This document shows positions 60,161-64,000 of a DNA stretch of 64,000 nucleotides, one piece after another. The stretch spans positions 295,120,001 through 295,184,000 of the forward strand of contig OZ024741.1 of the NCBI GenBank assembly GCA_964016885.1, given 5' to 3'. The notes below the pieces were generated by a model. The model had not been told where the DNA came from. It worked only from the letters and a program-made list of their open reading frames with translations, and searched no databases. Origin of the DNA: Eledone cirrhosa. Taxonomy: Eukaryota. A program made the position numbers and the translations under genes. How positions within the stretch are numbered: position 1 is the first letter of the stretch; every line of letters begins with the position of its first letter.

Positions 60161-61678
60161 TCAACCCATGCAAGTATAGAAAAGTAGACATGATGGTATG
60201 TGTGTCTGTGTTCAATTCAGTGATCAGCTTAGTGTTGCAGTTACTTTAATCTGTTACAGATGAATGACCTTCACAGTTGTAATAAAGTTTGCTGCTTGAG
60301 GCTAATAAAAATGATAAACTACAGTGTTAACAGACTCAAAAGTAGTACTGTAATAATCTTACAGAAATAACTCACCTCTTTCTGTTTAAAATCTAAAGTA
60401 ATGATAAACAGTTATTTTGAATTTCAATTATTTGTGATTGGTTTTGTTGTAGACTTCTAGAATTAAATGGTTCAAAATTTTGCTAATTTAAAATTCTTTT
60501 TATTTATTTATTTTTTTTAAAGATTTTTTTTATTCAAAACTACTTATTTGTTTGTTATATCTACTAAACAAGAAATTTTGTGTTTGATTACATATTGAAA
60601 CAGATCATTTAACTCTAAACGTTCTATATTGCATGAAGCCACATTAATAATACATTCTTGAAAATGTTTAAACAGTGCTATGACTGCATCTAAGTTATTG
60701 TTTAAGTTGTTTGTAAAAGGGAACAAATTCTGCTACTGAAAAACCATTTTTGTCTCTAGGGCTTCTTATTAACTATGCATATTGAACAAAAATATCTCAT
60801 CTAACGAGGTCAACTTTGCCTTTCATCCATTCCAGGTTGATATTAACATACATGTCAAGTTGGGGGTCTATTTTTCCTCTATATCTCTTTCTCATTTCTG
60901 TTCTCTCACTCTCTATCCTTCTCTAGAAGAAATCTGCTATATTCAGACCTGGAGAGAAGATGAGCTCTGCTAGTTTTAAAAACATGGCATAGAAATGCTG
61001 TATGTCAATATGGCACCCTACAACCCCATCATACGTTATGGGACCATGCATGCATCTCATTAAAAACTGAAGATTTTACATTAATATTGCAAATTTTCAC
61101 AATATTCTATCCCCTAGTAAAGATACTACAGATATTTGAATTAACAAACACATTTTTAGATATCTTTCTGCTAAATCATTACATGATGTTAAGAGTTAAA
61201 ATGTGGTCCACCTCTGGGTCTCCTGCTGGTTGGCTTTGCCAGTAATTCTTACCTTAGACACTCTAACCACATGTCCTAAGTACTGGAGCTGTGATCTCTC
61301 AATGAGGAAAAGTACAAACTCTACCTGGAGTGACTCTCTGATGAGCTGACACAAACATAGAACCTAAAATATAATTTTAAATTTGCATTATTGTTTGTTT
61401 TCTAAGAAAAATGACTTTTTTAAAATACTATACTAATTTACATAATTATTCTAAATGAATTACTTTTCTCATCAGTTATTTTTCCAATGTCTATTAGAGT
61501 GCTTATGGGTTATACAATATTCACGACTTTTCTAAGAATATCGACAGCATCAGAAAATGTTACATAGCATATGACTTCCTCCCTCCTCTTTTAAAAGATG
61601 TATCACTGCAAAATTTCAGCTACCCAGGTGCATAACTGTTGCCCAGGATAAGCACATACATAGACACATGCATACATA

Positions 61679-62200
61679 CAGTGTCCCCCAAAAATGTATA
61701 CACATTTTGAATGGTAATAAAATCAATGTTTGTATAGAATATTAAAGTTTTTTTTATTATTCAAGACAAAGAAGACAGGGTTAGAATTTTTTTAGTTATC
61801 ACAGGTGTTCAAAATAATGATCATTCTGCTCCAGGCACTGCTGATAAAAGATGGATGGAATTGATGACTTCATCAATCATTTCATTTGGTGGTTTCTAGA
61901 AATTTGGTATCAAGAATCTTAACCCTGTCAATTTGAGACCATCTACCTAATTAAGAAACCACTATGTTAAATTGTTATAAACAGTTTTAATTGAAATAAT
62001 ATCTCTATCTGAATTATTATAGTCACAATGTTGTGGCTGATGCATCCCTTAGCCTTCTTCTGGTATCTGTCTTATTCAGTAATGTTCTCAGAATTTCAAA
62101 CCAAACTCTTTATTTCAACCACAGATTGTTCTTATTTTGTTGAATATTTCTGGATAAACCAGACACAATTTTGGAGAGTCCAATAGTGGAACCATTGTGA
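61679..62200 (-). mobile_element. Old Tc1/mariner remnant (right end; far boundary uncertain)
   Basis: TA-CAGTGTCCCCCAAAAATGTATACACATTTTGA TIR-like end; minus strand QQCLEQNDHYFEHL* transposase C-terminus. Confidence 0.65.
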
Positions 62201-62294
62201 TTATAATAACCAACATGACACAAGTTTACAGAGTACAGTATGATTATAAAAACTAACATGAACACACAAGTTTGAATAAATCAGCTTATAATAA

Positions 62295-62510
62295 TTATTT
62301 CTACTTTAAGCACAAAGCCAGCAATCTGAAGGGGAGGGGGGGGGGCGATTAAATCGACTCCAGTATGTTACTGATGTTTTATTTTATCGACCCCGTAAGG
62401 GTGAAAGACAAAACTAATCTCTGCGGGATTTGAACTTAGAACATAAAGGGCTGCAACTCTCTGCCATGAAGCATGGTGTCCGATGCTCTATCGATACTGC
62501 CAATCCACTA
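62295..62510 (-). mobile_element. Family B SINE
   Basis: Similar to 33499-33678. Confidence 0.8.
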
Positions 62511-63378
62511 ATGATAATTCCTCATCTCAGTAATCCAGATCAAATTAATCAATATGTTTGGTATATCAATACTCCATGTTTATCAATATGTTTGGTATAT
62601 CATTAGTCCATGTTTTTTAAAAGAAAGCATTATATTTTGACTGCTAAAAAACTAGGATAAATATTTGTTTCAGTTGTTTATTTATTTCTCACTTGTTGTT
62701 AGTATCTAACAATTGGCACAAAGTTGGTATTATGAAGTAGATTGAAACAATGGATATTAAATTTGTGAATCTGGCTGGAAATACTCATTAACAGACATAG
62801 CTTTATACTTAAGAAGTTCACTTTCAGACTATGTGGTTTGAGGTTTGCTCCTACCATGCAACACTTTAGACAAGTGTCTTCTCCTAAAGCCTCATCTATT
62901 AAATTTCATTTAATGCCATGGCAGTAAAATTTGATAGACAGAAATTGTGTATGTATGTTTTTGTTTTTCTCTATACGTTTCTTCACAACTTAGGTAGCAT
63001 ATGTTGGTTATGTCCTTCATAAACAATGTCCTGCAGCTTAGTGATTCTTTATAAGAAGATGAACAACTTGCTTAAAAAAAAATAAATTTGTTGGTATCAG
63101 AAAAGGTGCCCAGCTATGGAATACTGCCTCATAGTAATCTTGTCCAACCCATGCTAGCATGGAAAAAAGCTGTAAAAAATGATGGATGAGGAAATGATAT
63201 TGTTATTCTATACCTATTTTATATTTGATGTAATTTAATCATAAAATCTCCATATATATATGTGTGCTTGTGTGGGTGAGTGTGTGTATGTATGTGTCGG
63301 TGTAGATACCTCTTTCCATTTTTCTATTGGAGTCCTTCCTATGATATCATTTCATCATGATGTATACGTCTCGCAGGA

Positions 63379-63411
<33 letters not shown>

Positions 63412-64000
63412 GGTAGTTTAAAAATGTGATTAATCTCGTTACATTTATTTTTAACAAAAATCAACAATGAAGAAGATCTATGAACGAAAGAAATGAAATC
63501 AGATTGGTTGATTATAACAAATATTATCCATCATGAAATGTTGATAATTTAACAGTGTATAGAGGTGGTGGGGGGAGATGGAGGTGTGTATTTGTGTGTG
63601 CACATGTGTGTTTGTGTGCGACCATGTCCGTCCATCCATCCATAGCGTGTTGTGCATGCTACATCACTATGTAGTTTCAAATATTGATTTCACTTTTCCA
63701 GTTAATTATCCTCTTAATTTCCACATTATTCATCACAATAAGCCCAGTGCATTATGCATCTGTGTCGTTTTGAAACACAAAATAATATGTTGATAAAAAG
63801 AAATTAAATATATATATATAACATTAAAAGAAAGTAAACTAACTGAAGTGAATGAATTGGCTTTGGCAAAGAATGGTATTATGTGAATTTTGTTGAATAC
63901 AAAGTAATTCAGTGGGGTTTTTTTTTTAAATTTAATTTTCATCTTCTTTCTTAACATAGACACATTGATTGTCCAAAGATTGGCAGAAGAACCAATATCT

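Overview
Eukaryotic, AT-rich, repeat-dominated DNA. The SINE types, (GAT)n-tailed RTE LINEs and very long degenerate (TA)n tracts suggest an octopus or other coleoid cephalopod (inference). No intact host gene is recognisable, and most ORF-track entries are (TA)n/(CA)n artefacts. About 1-47.8 kb is a nest of young insertions in (TA)n. It holds one near-full-length disrupted RTE LINE plus about 8 fragments, two large Penelope-like elements (PLEs, RT + GIY-YIG, Naiad-like) and two more PLE fragments (one Neptune-like), a maT/Tc1-mariner transposase remnant, tRNA-derived SINEs, and a 200-N gap flanked by a probable haplotype overlap. About 47.8-64 kb holds only old decayed repeats and a few candidate micro-exons. 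Main discovery: reading both strands by eye gives 16 type-I hammerhead ribozyme motifs of about 10 unrelated sequence families in the first 43 kb. Several sit in small non-coding partial-tandem elements (409-765 nt and 591 nt units) that resemble PLE-mobilised retrozyme-like elements. One family carries an octamer motif, and one appears polymorphic between the two copies flanking the gap. Two ribozymes are preceded by their own antisense copy. One PLE has an in-frame 72-nt antisense insert with two UAA stops inside its endonuclease. All folds are manual and untested.
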